NCBI GenBank assembly: GCA_003344405.1
Contig: NOWV01000002.1
Location: 682,001 to 746,000, forward strand
Direction of reading: 5' to 3'
DNA length: 64,000 bases
From: Trichoplax sp. H2
Lineage: Eukaryota
Positions 1 through 13,995 of the stretch are shown in pieces (position 1 is the first letter of the stretch; every line of letters begins with the position of its first letter). The notes under the pieces are model-generated. The model was not told the origin of the DNA. It saw only the letters and a program-made list of their open reading frames with translations, and ran no database searches. Made by a program: the position numbers and the translations under genes.

Positions 1-957
1 TAATTCTAGATAGTCGGACTACTGCATGTCAATTCACAGAATCTTTTATAGTGTAACCTATATAAAATCTACTGTCATTTAAAATTGTAATCTAAACTTT
101 ACGGTGTACGCGAGACGTATCCATAATCTGATGGATTTGAGTCATAGTTGAACGTGGTATCAACAATAGTAAGTAAATCGCTACAGGTGACATGATTTTG
201 CAAAGAACAGTGTGCTATACCGTACACCAAATTACCTTGACTGTTAAGCAACCCACACGGTATTGTACAACATATAATTTACTCCAGCAAATTACAACCA
301 TGTTGACTTCTACTGTCTGCAGGTCTGAATTGTAGTCACCATGTAAGAACGTTAAATTCACGAATTCTGACTGTCCATCCCTAAGGGTAGTTCATGCTAT
401 GACAACATGTGGTAATTTAGATTAGAAATAAAAGCAGTTCGATTAATAGGCATCCTTTCAAGAGCCAACATCCATTATGTTGCATTTAAAAAGAAAATTT
501 TATTCATATTCACCAAGATAAAACCAAAAATAGACATTGAATTGTTAGGCACTATATTAAATCGTGAGATCTTACGTAGCTAGATAGAAATAAGTGTGTA
601 TCATGTGCTAATTGTGTGCTGTTATTAAGCGTAGGAAAACATCAGTAGCAATAATAAGTTTGATTCACGTATGCATATGGTGCGATTTAATATAATGCTC
701 CGCTTGTACGATTTCCGAATCTGAACCGATTCGGTAATAAATTTATTCGAGGTCCCCACGTAAAACGCAACACCTTTATACTCAAGATTTTACCATAATA
801 ACATAATGTTGCTGCAATTTTTCATAGCTGCATCATGTAAAATACAATTTCGAGTAAAAGAATTACATAGTAAGACGTTCGACGACTTTCATGCTTACGA
901 CTATAGGATAAGCAGATAATATTTCCTCATTAATGTTTTATCCCAAATCTTAATAAA

Positions 958-3900
958 TTACTTATGTTTACTTAGCACATTATCAAATGCATCAATGAAG
1001 TAGTTGGCATGGTATGGCTCAAATATTAGGGCAGGCCTTAACCGCATTGCTAATGCACCACACGAGCCCGCCATTATTCCTGTTATATTAGTATGGATGT
1101 ATAAAGAATTGTAATTAGTTTTGATACCAGTAAAATTATACGAACGAACGCAATATTAAGAAATAATTTAATGTTAAATTCTTTAGCGATTGCAGTTAGA
1201 AGTTAGTAAAAATACGCCTCTATACAATTAATGTGGCGTAAATGCACGTATTCCAAATTCTATACTGGTCGTCAAATCATTAATTATACATATCTACCGG
1301 ATAACGTATTGATCATGAACTCACCATTATTTTTTAAATCAGCAATAATTTCATCTCGTTTTTTGCTATCAATAAAGTCAATAGCGCAAAACGTTCCCAT
1401 TCCACGAGGACGAGATATTATGTTTGGATATTTCGACTAGCAATAAAAGTTTAGTTTTACCTTTGTTTAATCTTAAATCTGAGTAGATAAAGTTTCTTTG
1501 GGTATTATCTCGGAATTACAGTAAAAACAGTAGCAATATACTATTGACAATCAGATACACGAGATTGATAATGTATGACACGTTGTAATTAAAAATGATT
1601 GATTTTTTTATACCCCGTATATCTTTCGTAATAATAGTAATAAATATCGATTTAGTGCGACCTTACCGCTAGTGATTTTAGACCAGTTTGCAAAACTTCT
1701 CCGGATTCTTTCGCAAGATCTATTAGTTTCTCTCGTTTAATGCAATTAATGATCGCTTCTAATAAGACCAACTTCGAAGAATCTCCTAACCAAGTGTTAA
1801 AGACGCGATAACTCTGTAAAGTAGGTCGAACAGTTTAGTTTAGAATTGTACATGGCTAGTTGGACATATATCCACTCAAATTGTAACCTATCAAAGTAAG
1901 ATTGTAAAAGAATAGTATAAACTGATTTCGTAAATTGCCGGTAACATAAATACTAGTTATATGTACTAGATAAAATATTAGAATACAATTCGAAGTAAAT
2001 AAATATGTTTCACTATAACAAAAACCTCATCCACTCTCATTTCATCCTTATGATATATTCCCCCTAATTGCATCTTTTTGCTAAATGTAACCATTTCAGG
2101 GGGATCATCCAACTCCCAACTTTCGTGAGCCCTAAAGGAAAGAATAAATATGTAAATTTTAATAACTAAATACTGTTACACTGTTGCAATATTAAAAGAA
2201 ACATAATGTTTTCAATTATTTTCATGGATCAGGTTTACAATGAATTAAATATTGTATATACTCGTACTATAACATCATGTGATCTAAATCTTCAATCGCA
2301 TATATTACCACATATGGCCGGTAGCTGCGCATCCAGTTTGTACTTCGTCAACAAGAAAAGCAGCTCCAACCTGTAACCAAAATATTTAAACATAAATATA
2401 AAGGCAAGATTATTTGAAAGTTAATTGAAAAAATTGAATGATGGCATATAATCTAACGTGGTCTTGTCTGGTGGTGTAAAGTATTAATAATAGAGTTTAA
2501 CCATTTAAATTATTGACAGCAATTTTAGAAATCATAAATACGTATTTTACTTCTTTAGCAATGTTTCGTAACTGTCGGAAAAATGCTACCGATGCATGAT
2601 TATCACCTGATATTAGTAAAAAATAGACAAGTTCAAAGGTTGATGCTAAAAAGCCGACTCACTTTACTATTCAAAGTGAGTATTATTTTCAATGCAAATA
2701 TATATATATAGTACGATAGTATAAATTTTATGAGTTTGAATTAGCATTAGTAATTCTTTAATAGTAAACATATAGAAATTCTTACTGTAGCAAGAAGTGT
2801 TACTATGATCGCGATTTATCTTTCAAGTTACTTACCTCCTTCCGCCTGAATAGGTTCAACAACGATTACAGCGACCGGGGAACCCTTGTTTTCATATTCA
2901 TTAATTAATTGCTTAACCTATGCGCGTATTCAAGAATCGATACAATAACATTGAAATAAGCTATCTATTCTTCAGTTTGTGCATTAAATTGACTAAGTAC
3001 TGTCTTATTGCTAGACGGCTAAAAGAATTTAGAGAGTCTGGAAGCTATTAATGGCTGCAGCAACGTAAGTGAGCGGTCCTATGGCCATAAGTAAGATTAC
3101 ATATAAGTGGATTACTGAATTACTGTAACTATAAAAATGCTGGGGATATTTACGTGAAATGTGTACTGTATCATGCCTTGAGAAATTAGTACGCATAGTG
3201 TCTTTATAGTAGAAAAGCTACCCGGATCGTTTTAATACCTTATCTAAGCACCGCTCCTCTTCTAATTGATTTTCTTTCTGAAAGTTTTCCAGTGGATATT
3301 TCAACTGTGGAAAGGGCGCCGTAGGCCAATCAAAAGCAGGAATATCCAATTTATGGACTGCCTTGGAATGGGTGGTTGATAAGGTGCCTATCAGTACCAT
3401 TAATATAGCATTAAGCTGTTAATTATCACGGTTAGATAATAAATTGATAATTTTAATCATGCATGCATAGAGTTAAAAAGAATTTATTTTTTGGATTTAC
3501 CCATTGTTCTACCGTGAAAACCGCCATCGAACGATAAGATGCTAAGTTTAGGCGATCCAGGAACCTAAAAATTATTTAGCCATTGAAAAAGATATGAGAT
3601 ATAACTTTAAATACGGGAAAGGGCATACAACAAGTTTTTTCAAGTGATAGAAATAGGTTAAAGTAGTTTCTTAGATAGAAAGATTTTAGAACGTGTTGAT
3701 ATACTGTAAAGTTTCGCAATCATAGAGAATAAATCACTACTAACTTTATTTAAAAGTGTAGATTCCAATTCTTCCTTTGTGGGTGGTTTTCCATCTCGTT
3801 TCTTTCTCTAATCAAATTGGTAGAAGACTAGAACTTAGTGAAACAATATAAAACATGTCTACTTATTCAGCACTGAATATATACAGTATATATATATATA

Positions 3901-6681
3901 TATATGTGTTAACAAAAAGCTATTATGGTATTTACCATATACCAAATAAATCCCATTTTATATGCGTTTTCATTTGAGCAAGAACCGCAGCCCATTAGAG
4001 TGACATTTTTTAATTCTGGAGGCGATACCTGTAAAATAATACAATTAAATTTTAGAATAACATTCGTTTCTCATTAATTAGGTATCAATAAACAGTGACA
4101 AAATAGCCGATTATTTGATCTATGAGCAACTTGAAAGGTATCCAATTCCAAGCCATTCTAGTTATTTAATCAAGATGCAGACTTTTGGAGTATGTTTGCG
4201 GTAGGATAGTAGATTGGCAATTATCCTTAATACACAGCTTTTTATACGTAGCAGATAATGTAGCGTTACAGTAAAATGCAGATTTGTATCCTAAGTTTTG
4301 GTGAATGAGAGCTGCCGCATTTACAGTTTATGGATAGACTGGCAGTAAATATTTAGTGGAATACTTGTATATGCTTTAAGCGTAATAAAGAACTTCATTT
4401 GAAACGTAAGTAAATATTTGATCGTAAGTATACCAGAAGAGAATTATAACAGATAGCCATTCCTAACAGTATTATGCCTGTATTAACCTCGATGATAGTC
4501 TCGTGTAATTTCGTAGGAAAGTCGACCGGTGGATTAACACCAAGCGCAGGGCGATTAATAATAACAGACTAAGAATCAAGAATTTTAAAAACCGTGAGGA
4601 AATGTGGGTTGCATTGAAGCCAATTTTTTTAATCGAAATCATGTCTATTGATTAAAACATTAATTTTACGATGGTATGGCAGTATCATCGAATTTTGAAA
4701 ACTAAATTAAAATTAGCATAAATTAAGTAAATGACAATTATACCGCATTATCAGGATTAAGTAAGGCTTGAATAAGATCAGGATGATTGTAACCCAACGG
4801 TAAAGATGCAATTTGACAGAATATGTCAAGTAATCTATTTCCATCGACGTCAACAATATAATTGCCCTGACTTTGTTGAAAATCAGTAAAAAATTGTACT
4901 GCTGTAACATCCTATACAGTAATCAAGAATGAAATAATAATCATTACAAGTTCAATAGATGCTGCATAACTTGATAGAGTATATTACTAGTATACAGTAT
5001 GCTGTATTGTTGTTGCATATACATTGAAAACAGCTATCGATACCATCAATCCGCCTACATTAATATGTCGGCATCTAAATATATATATTTAAAATGCATT
5101 ATCAGAGGTAAAAAGTCAAGTTAAATACCTGCACCATGACTTAATCTTTCACTAACCTGTATCTGCCTTAGAGATTTTAACAATTCCTATAATTAACATA
5201 ACAAATAACATTTGTTGTTTATGTTAAGTTGATGTTGATGAAACGTCATATTTTAGGAGAAGAATGCTGACACCCTGCATGTATTTTCGATGGTAGATTA
5301 TTTTTCTTTTAATTTATTTTGAAGATCGAAGCAAAAAAGTGAAATAATCTTGGTCACACTAAAAGTTTACTGAGCGCATATCAAAAGTAGTTTATTTGGT
5401 GACAGCTTTGCTTTTAGGGTATTTTAGTCTGGTCTTAATATAGCTCGATTTCATTTCACATAGATCAAACTACAGTACATTATTGGTAAAGACTTAATAG
5501 ATAGCATGATTACCACTAAAGATGTACGATATTATACTGTATGGTACAATTTTCATATGTTAATATAATCCTTCTGACATAGCACGAACTGTACTGTATA
5601 GTGTAGGTGCTGAAAAAGAGTGACGGAATACCTTTGAACGAGGACCAGGCATCGGTGTTTTCATTAATGGTTGACTATAGGTATCAAAACGATGCTTTTG
5701 GTTGGTTTCCGTAGAAGCTTGCTGGAGTGAATACCATTCTGCATAGCAAAGATGTATTGTTAGAATCAGACTGAAATTGGTAATAAAAATTCTTATAGTC
5801 CATGGCAAATTTAACCCATTACATTACTATGATAGCATAATAACCCTTCAGATAATTCATGTATTGTAGCTACTGAAATAATGCATGCTGTATACTGTAT
5901 ACGCGTATGCTTAGAATTAGGCATATTAGTACAGTAGTAATGCTAATTGCATATGAGTTTGCAATATGAGTAGGTACTTGCAGACTGAATGTGATACCCT
6001 TTAAAAGAATAAGTCCGTATTCATGATATCATAATATCCAGATATCGTTTTGCTGTCAATATTTTAAAACAGCGTTGATAACTTCACCATCAGTAAACAT
6101 AAACTATAATGTAATTGTCTTATTCATTGATTACGATGGCAAGAAGGAAGATAATGTATGAATAATATGTATCGTACTGCATGGAAAAGCGAATGTGGCG
6201 AAGACGTACATATACTGTACTGGTGCGTAAAATAGAGTAGAATATCAAGTGTTCCTAAAGGCAAGTCTTGCATGCATTATACTCCTAGGCAATCAAGTTT
6301 ATTAATGAGAAATATTAACATGATTATCAACAGCTAATTACAAGCTATAAGTTATATATAGACACGATGGCGATGGCGATGACGATGAAGAAAGGTACAA
6401 TGACAATCTGCAAGACAGGCACTGCACTGAACTGGATTCAAGATCGATAAGGTAAAAGATTGCAGTCTGTATACTTTCGAGTCATCGGTCTGAAAATGCC
6501 TTCATGTAGCTCGCTAAGTACTGCACGACTATTTTTCCGATATGGTATACGAGTATTACTGTGTGAATGACAAGCTGATTCTATATCATTCAAACTTACT
6601 TTGTATACCATTCTGGAGTCTCTTTATAAGACGAAAGGTATTGCCATGGGCGTTGACCGATTGCTTAGGTAGTAAAAACAT
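958..6681 (-). CDS. ABAT: Mitochondrial 4-aminobutyrate (GABA) aminotransferase, about 16 coding exons
   Basis: Hand-spliced exons give a presequence-like start ([28 protein letters not shown], exon 6600-6681, phase-1 GTAAGT donor joining exon 5632-5738), then [89 protein letters not shown]-lysine TFSKK, RVFNTW, and RLRPALIF...KHK with stop at 958-960. Confidence 0.95.
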
Positions 6682-7121
6682 GGTCGGCGTGACAGAGTCG
6701 ATGTTGGCAAGGTTTAAATTTTCAATTAGTATTGACTTGAAGAGTGTAAAAAAGAATTTGCAAGTTGAAGCTGAACCACTAAAGCCGGTCAAGCATCTAC
6801 CTATACAGGAGAAAAAATGCTTTGGAAAGAACGCTAGTAGATTTGGAAGCTGGTTTGTCTAGGATGAAGGGAGATCAGTTGGCACTAGGTCAGAGTCAGT
6901 TTGGATCGTTGTTGGGGCCTCTTGCTGGAATCTGTGTGCTTTCAATGCAATTTGCTGGATTTATGGATCGATGTTGTCTTGCAGGTGTTGACTGATTGTC
7001 TACTTGTTATTCTACGTATTCTATTAATAATGCAGTCAATGAACTGGTTTATTTATTCATCAGTCAGTAGATTGATTGTTATTCAAAGCAACCATTGGAA
7101 AACATAAGATGGCTACTTTAC

Positions 7122-7290
7122 CTATCAAGCAAGATGGCGTCGGGGTCTACCTACTTTGAAGAGAAACACGGTAGCGTCACTTTTAAATCGCGTCAACCAC
7201 CACTTGTGCACAATCTATTATTTATCGCTGAAGGTGTCGTCTGTTGTCGTCAGTTGTTGAAAGAAAAGATGGAAGATAGAGTACTGTACT
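7122..7290 (-). other. Probable non-coding 5' UTR exon of ABAT
   Basis: Minus-strand donor ATAG|GTAAAG near 7121 and polypyrimidine acceptor TTTTTTCTCCTGTATAG at 6801-6817, upstream of the ABAT ATG. A YY1-like AAGATGGCG lies at 7131-7139. The upstream boundary is a guess. Confidence 0.5.
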
Positions 7291-9640
7291 GTAGACTGTA
7301 GACTGTAGACTGTACAGTATGGGCGGATCGACGAGTAACTACGCACTCTCTTTCCCTTCCGTCCTATCCCTGTATGTACTGTACAGTACATTAGATATCA
7401 TAATGTGCTTTAAGACCATTAACTAATCTTAATATAGCATTCATCCGTGAATACATTACTGAAAAGTAGTATTCTGCAAACATTGCTGTGAATAGAGTAG
7501 TGCCTGGCTATTACCGGGATATAAATAATGTCGAATGGTAATACTATCTGTTAATTATTAACAAATAAGTACATTATCGTAAGCCGTCAGCAAAGCGACG
7601 TGAATTTGTACTAGTATATACTGTACTGTACTGTACTGTACTCAATTGTGCAGTATTGTTTTCTTTTCTTTTACCGTATCCCCTCGGTGGGCGGATCGAC
7701 GAGTAACTACGCACTCTCTTTCCCTTCCGTCCAATCCCTGTACAGTACAGTACAGTATCTACAGTACACTTGTACAGTGTACAGTACTGTACAGCGTGTT
7801 TACAGTACTGTGTTTTCAGATTGCCAAAATCCTTCTCGGGGTGCTTGAAAAATGAAAAGACCTCCAAAGTGCATACCAGTGTATACGGGTACATAGGATA
7901 TTGAATGTGACTATTACTTAATTAGTCTGTTGAATTTTAAAGCAAGATTCTGACAACAAAATAAACACGCTGGTCATGTTAGGGTTGTACTGTACTGTAT
8001 ACCTTTTTAGGAGGTCTACGGAATCTACAGTAAGCTTTCTACTTGGAAGTTCTAACCATTGCTAACCATTATGCTTCTTGCCGATGTTTTTAACATACTG
8101 TACAAGTATTGTAGTTATTATGTGCCATACTGTACTGTAGGTACTGCACTAATCTTAGCACTTTCCAAATGTCAGTACAGTAGTACTGTAGAGCAGTGTT
8201 CCTGCTTTAGTAGCCCCTGGTAGAAGCCTGTTTGGACAAACTGTGTGTACTAGTAGAAGCAAGAGAAAATCTTTTTTCTCTTACCTTTTACAATGATAGA
8301 ACAGAAGAGTACCGCACAACGACAAGTCGTCCAAAATTCGTCCTTGACTAATGGTGCAGCACAGTATGTAGAGGAGACCTTACGGTGTACTGTATAGTAT
8401 ACAGTACTGTTACTACTGAAGTCTGGCACTGTACTGTATAGTACAGTACAGTACAGCAAAATTTTTCTGTCGCAATGGTGTGACCGAGGTACAGTTATTG
8501 ATACTATATTCAAAAATAAAAAAATAAAGAATAATAATAATAATACGATATCCAAAAATCTCGATGGGTACAGTAACTGCAGGGTGCGTAGCTCGGTTGG
8601 CGTTCTCATTATTCACCCCACTGTCTATATCATGATTTTGTGCTGTACTTTTTTATAGGTGGTGACTTTATTTACGTGGTAGTTTTGCATGAGATGTTTA
8701 TTATTATAATTATTATTATTACAGCGGTTGCCTACCAAGTTGAAACGATTTAGTGTTCTACAGTAAGTACAGACTATAGACCATTCAGGCTGATACAACC
8801 TTGGGTTGTCGACTCTCTTCAACACTGATGGCTTCATGTAACAAAAGCCTGCAGACCTCTAGCTCCACCAGGCTGCACACAGTCGACAGTCCATTCCCAT
8901 AGCAAGTATCAACAATTTGCCATACTATAAAACTATAAATCAGCGTTTCAACCATTTTTCAATACCGTATTAAGTTGGCAATTCAAGCATTCCCTCTGTC
9001 AACATGCAATAGCTTTTGAATACAATAAGACGATATTGTCAACATTTCGTACTGTACAGCGATCCAATTTTCCCGCATCTCTCTCACTCGGCAAGAACAC
9101 CCAGTAACAGGACAGTACAACAGTATACAGAGTACAGTACGGTATAGTACAATCTTCACAATCTCTTTCTTTTAAAAGATTGTGGCACAGCATGTTTAAC
9201 TTGGTTTTAGAATTTCCATGTAAAAAATCGACTTCCTTCATTGCAATCAATTAAAATGACTTCATATTATACTGTATGTGTACAGTACTGTCTATCCATG
9301 CCTGCTAACTCTACTTTAACGATGCACTACGCAGGCACACAGTATACCCGCGTAAAAAATGCCGATGCCACACCACACCGGCTTTCCGTAACATTACCGT
9401 GCTGTAACGTTCTCAACATGCTATACAGTTTCTCGAAGAAGGAACTTTTACTATACTACAGCTTATAAATGACGTTACAGCATGCGTATCATAATGTTGC
9501 GTATTGTACGTCCACTTTCAAAACAACTTCCAATACCGTATCATTGGTAACACTTCTACTGAACTCTGAACGTGCGGGTTCTGTACTGGACTGACACTGT
9601 CCTGGACCTCTCCAACGGCGGTACTAGTACCGTACTGTGC
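7281..9640. repeat. Dense cluster of (ACAGT)n/(ACTGT)n microsatellites and TACAGTA/TACTGTA heptamers
   Basis: Examples: 7281-7320 GTACTGTACTGTAGACTGTAGACTGTAG; 7619-7641 (ACTGT)n; 7741-7811 TACAGTACAGTACAGTA...; 8428-8457; 9111-9150. Confidence 0.9.
7320..7742. repeat. 55-bp direct repeat pair (7320-7374 and 7688-7742)
   Basis: TGGGCGGATCGACGAGTAACTACGCACTCTCTTTCCCTTCCGTCC(T/A)ATCCCTGTA occurs twice with one mismatch. Confidence 0.95.
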
Positions 9641-12600
9641 TAAAAGCCCAATCGTCATAAATAATAATATTACCGTAATTGAGATATCAAAAAAAAGATT
9701 CATCGTCCCAAATTGGATGGCCATTTTAGCTGAAATCTAATTCATTTATCCATCTAGGTGAGTATATTAATCAAGGTATTGTAGGAGGATGATTTCAAAT
9801 TAATCTATACATCTTCCATACCAATAAAATACTTCTTCATATCTATATCATTCATGCATATTGACTCCAAATTTCCATATCATCAAGTAGAATGATTGAC
9901 GATGATCCAGTCGTCTACAGTATTTGCTTCGTCTACAACTATTGGATATATACAGTTATCATCTTCTCCTTGTAAAATGATCATAAGTTCAATGTTAGTT
10001 AGCATTCATTGAAATAGAGATAACTATGCTGGAATAATTGTAGCACTGTATGGATAACTTGTAACTCTAAAATTGTTGTTGATGATGATAACATGGACAA
10101 GATGTAAGATATAGACACTCTCTGTAAATAATCAATTTACAACTTGAAAACTCCAATTTTGATTCCGATCTCATGCATATATTAGGTTCATTCCATTTAT
10201 CCATCATTTCATTTCATGCAATCTACTAGTGATTGTTGACGGAGCAAGGAAAGAAGCAATCGTGGTGGTGAGTATTACTTTGATCAATCGAATATAGCTA
10301 CTCCGTCTTTCATCGATGCAGCTCTAAATCGAGTTTGATCAATGTGCATGCACTGACAAATTTATTTCTATTGGTAAATGCGCACATGAAAAATACCACT
10401 GATGATAGCAAAGTAATTGATCGCTTGGTGAATATCTTTTCAATCTTAAGCGTTCTCAACTGATTTGCCTTCCTTGTTCAATATCATCTCATCATTGTCG
10501 TTGTTCATAGACGTTAAAGGGTAGTCAAAGGTCTACTACGCCTGATAGCCAGGGTGATTGATTGTTACCATTAATGAAGTAGGTTATAGAGACGTATAAT
10601 CGGACATGTATAATACTTTAATGCAATGATTCACACAGCACTTTGCAATTTTTGAGTTAAAAGAGCTTTACTAAAAGACTTACACTACATATCCAGTCTC
10701 CAATGATTTGATGATTATGCTGATGTTGATAATGATTACATCTCCTGTAACCAGGCGTTTCTTAGGGTTATTAATGTATTCAGTCTTCAAAGTTTTTCGC
10801 TACACTAAATATGATTATTGTAAATTAGTTCCATAGCTCGAAATAATTTCGTCCAAAACAGTTCTCTACTAAAAATTGGCCAGCCACCGCGATTTACGTG
10901 AAAATATCTTATTAAATCTGCAGTCAATAATTCACAAACTTTTCGACTTGCAATAATTTTTAAAAGGATAATTAAACTGAAGATAATGGGCATTGCAGAT
11001 CCCTTTTCACCTTCGTCTCATGATTTGCACAGTGTATATAGATCTCTTCTTAATTGTCAATATGCGCGTATATATATTACTTCTGATCGTTGTCTTGCTT
11101 TACGCTTAAATGCGGCATAATCTAGCTAGCGACGAGCCGTTACTACAGTACTCCTTATTGACTGCAGATAGCTATCACTATAACTCTTTCCAGCGACTTT
11201 TACCTGGAGTGCATGTAGGATACAATTCGTATACTGAGACTTAGCCCTACTTCTTGATACCTTTTACTAAGCAACACTAAAAAAAGGATAATCATCTTCA
11301 AGGTGTTCTATAACGAAACAGTTGTCCATCTACTTACCTATAATACATTATAAACGGCCATGTACCTTCGATTCGGTTTTAATATCTCACAAGTCATCAA
11401 CTATGCATTGAAAGCTAAAACTTATTTTCCGTTCATCCATCGTTTCACGTATATAATATCTGTATGATGTTAAAAAAACTGAAATCTACAGCGTAAATCC
11501 TTCAGATCGCTGTCTATTTTCACCTTCGTACGATATTTTATGTACATATAGACAGCTATTAGCAATTTTCTCGATAAAATGAACTGCTTTTTTTTCATCT
11601 TGGCTAGTTACTAGTTACTTTGAAAGAATAAAGTACATTTTGTACAGTAGTAGCGATGTTGTCTCGGTTAACATGTTGATATTAAGATAATATGCTAGAT
11701 ATTACTAGGCTTAATATTTATCGCTTTAAGCCTCGATGTAATATTGTAGTAAAGAGATGAGAACGGCCTTACCGGATTTAGTAGAATCCAGTCATTTGCT
11801 TAGTCTAGACCTTTACGAGTACTCGTATAAGCGCTTGGAAACAATTTAGATATGGGGACAAGATACAACGTCTTCAAAATACACGATTGGGACCACGAAA
11901 TTAAAATTTATTCACGATCATATCAAGAGGATAACCGTGAAATTTGAAAGCTTTATCTTTCTAAGATTGTAAAATTAAATAGGATATTTTCATCTCTGGA
12001 ACAATATCCAACAGCGATTTCAAGGATATCTTGCATAGCATCCGACGTCATGTAGACTCAAATCTGTAATAAAATCTAAAGTTAGTAAAATCGCTTAACA
12101 TTAAAGATAATTCATTTGCCGAATATGGGTTACTACTACTGTACAGTACTATTCACTTTTGGTATCCAGGCTCATTTTCTGTTTTTCGACTATGTTATTG
12201 TAGTCTTTTTCTTTTTCTTTAGTAGTTCTTGTTATAGTTTGGTGTTGATGAAATATAGTTTACCGCTACCCTACAGTAGCCATCCCTAGACAGTAGATAT
12301 GCGTTTAGTCTTCGTTTAAAGCTCGATGTAGAGTGTGCGCGTATTCAGGACATTGAGAGATTGATACCTTAATGTTTTCATTGTGGATTGGGATCTTTTG
12401 AAGGAGAATCTACGAGTATTGGGATACGATACCAATCATACTATACTGTACAATTTTTTAGATCTCTTTTCGCTGTTACATCTAGGAATTATAACTGACT
12501 ATATAAAGGTTAACTACATTTTGATTTTAGATAACATCAGATTGTATTCAGTTTCAAATTAAAAATTTGTGATGTTAACGATGATAACAGCACTGTATCG

Positions 12601-13995
12601 TATATATTTAGCATTAATAAGTTTTAAGTTAATGCTATCGGATTCCTATACGAGTAGTCCTTGGTAACGACATATGTGCAGCACAGTACGAGTTCGTGGA
12701 TCTACCAACAGTTCAGCTACTGACTACAGTACATCAACTTTTTTGTATAGGCATTTTTGACGGACGTTTTACGCGTACATTAAAATTGATCGATCTAATG
12801 AATGTACTCGTACATCAAATTAAATAGGTACATACGTTTTCATGAAGTTAGCTTATGGTATACACGATACAGTGCATAACTTAATAATATTAAACTTCAA
12901 TCGATCATAAAAATTTCGTTTTCTACATCATACTTTTTCAGATGCAGTGGAGTTGTGAGTTTATCTGTATGATCGTTATATTTCTAAATTGCTTTAAATT
13001 TTACTTTATTTTTCTTAATACTGTAATTGCTCACAACGTATATCAATAACAGCAAACTATGGGTAAAACATGTTCGCCTACTCGATTGTCATCTCACGAG
13101 TCATTCTTGATCACCAAAAGACACATGTTGTAACACACTAATATTGTAGTTTTCTGTTTCACATCTACAGAGGTCTGCCAGAATAACTAGCTTGATAATG
13201 CAGAAAATAATACGCTTTCGTTGAGTATGTTTTCTGTCATTAGTGAGCTCTTATTGTATCATAAATCTTTCGAAGTATGAGTATAAGCATACTTTAAAAG
13301 CTCGTTAGGGATTGTTACGTGGATTCAGCTAATGTAATAAAGTCATCCAAAGTCTTCGAATATTGCTTGATTTTCTATAGTCGTTTGCTTCTGTACTATA
13401 GAAGCTTTCCGTCCACCGTTCGAGCGTATGTCTTAATATTTTCATCTCGGAAAATCATAATCAGGATGATTTCTACTAACACCACATACTGTACATATTG
13501 TCAGATGGTAGGTGGTATCCTAGACTTCACTTTTCATCACTACTGTATATTATTCGGAAAGTAAAGATACAATATTGATTTCACATTTTTTACATTTATT
13601 TCTATCATTAGATAAATATTAATATTATTATGGTTTCCTAATGCTCCTTTGTTCAGAGAAGGGAGAGGAGAGCGTATTGCAATCGGGGCTGACAAGTACA
13701 TCGATGATCCCCATTTTTAACCTTCCTAGAATCATACATACAGTATCTACCGTTTGTATCAGAACTGATGACTATTAAAATCTTGGGTTATCAAAAGTTT
13801 ACCTCTTGACTTGACAGGCTAGTTGCACAACTTAATACAGCCTATTGACGCTTACTGGTAGTAATTGCTCACTAATAAACAATATTACTTATTTCTGCTA
13901 AAACTGCTTTGATATCGATCATAAGATATCTACATTGATGTCCTCCCTTAATTTCTCTAGCTGTAGTTCGTGCACTCGTATATTGTAATCTAGAA

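Noticed and set aside
236..301. Possible minus-strand first exon (MVVICWSKLYVVQYRVGCLTVK|GTAATT)
   Set aside because: Too short, no homology recognised, and any continuation lies outside the window.
7320..7742. CRISPR-like or ribozyme interpretation of the 55-bp repeat
   Set aside because: Only two copies about 370 bp apart in eukaryotic context, and no hammerhead core motifs.
7574..8616. ORFs rich in YCTV/QYST
   Set aside because: Translations of ACAGT microsatellites, not proteins.
8990..9465. Two IAC-TGA motifs on the minus strand suggesting a selenoprotein
   Set aside because: No recognisable selenoprotein fold, no SECIS identified and no coherent splice model; likely chance.
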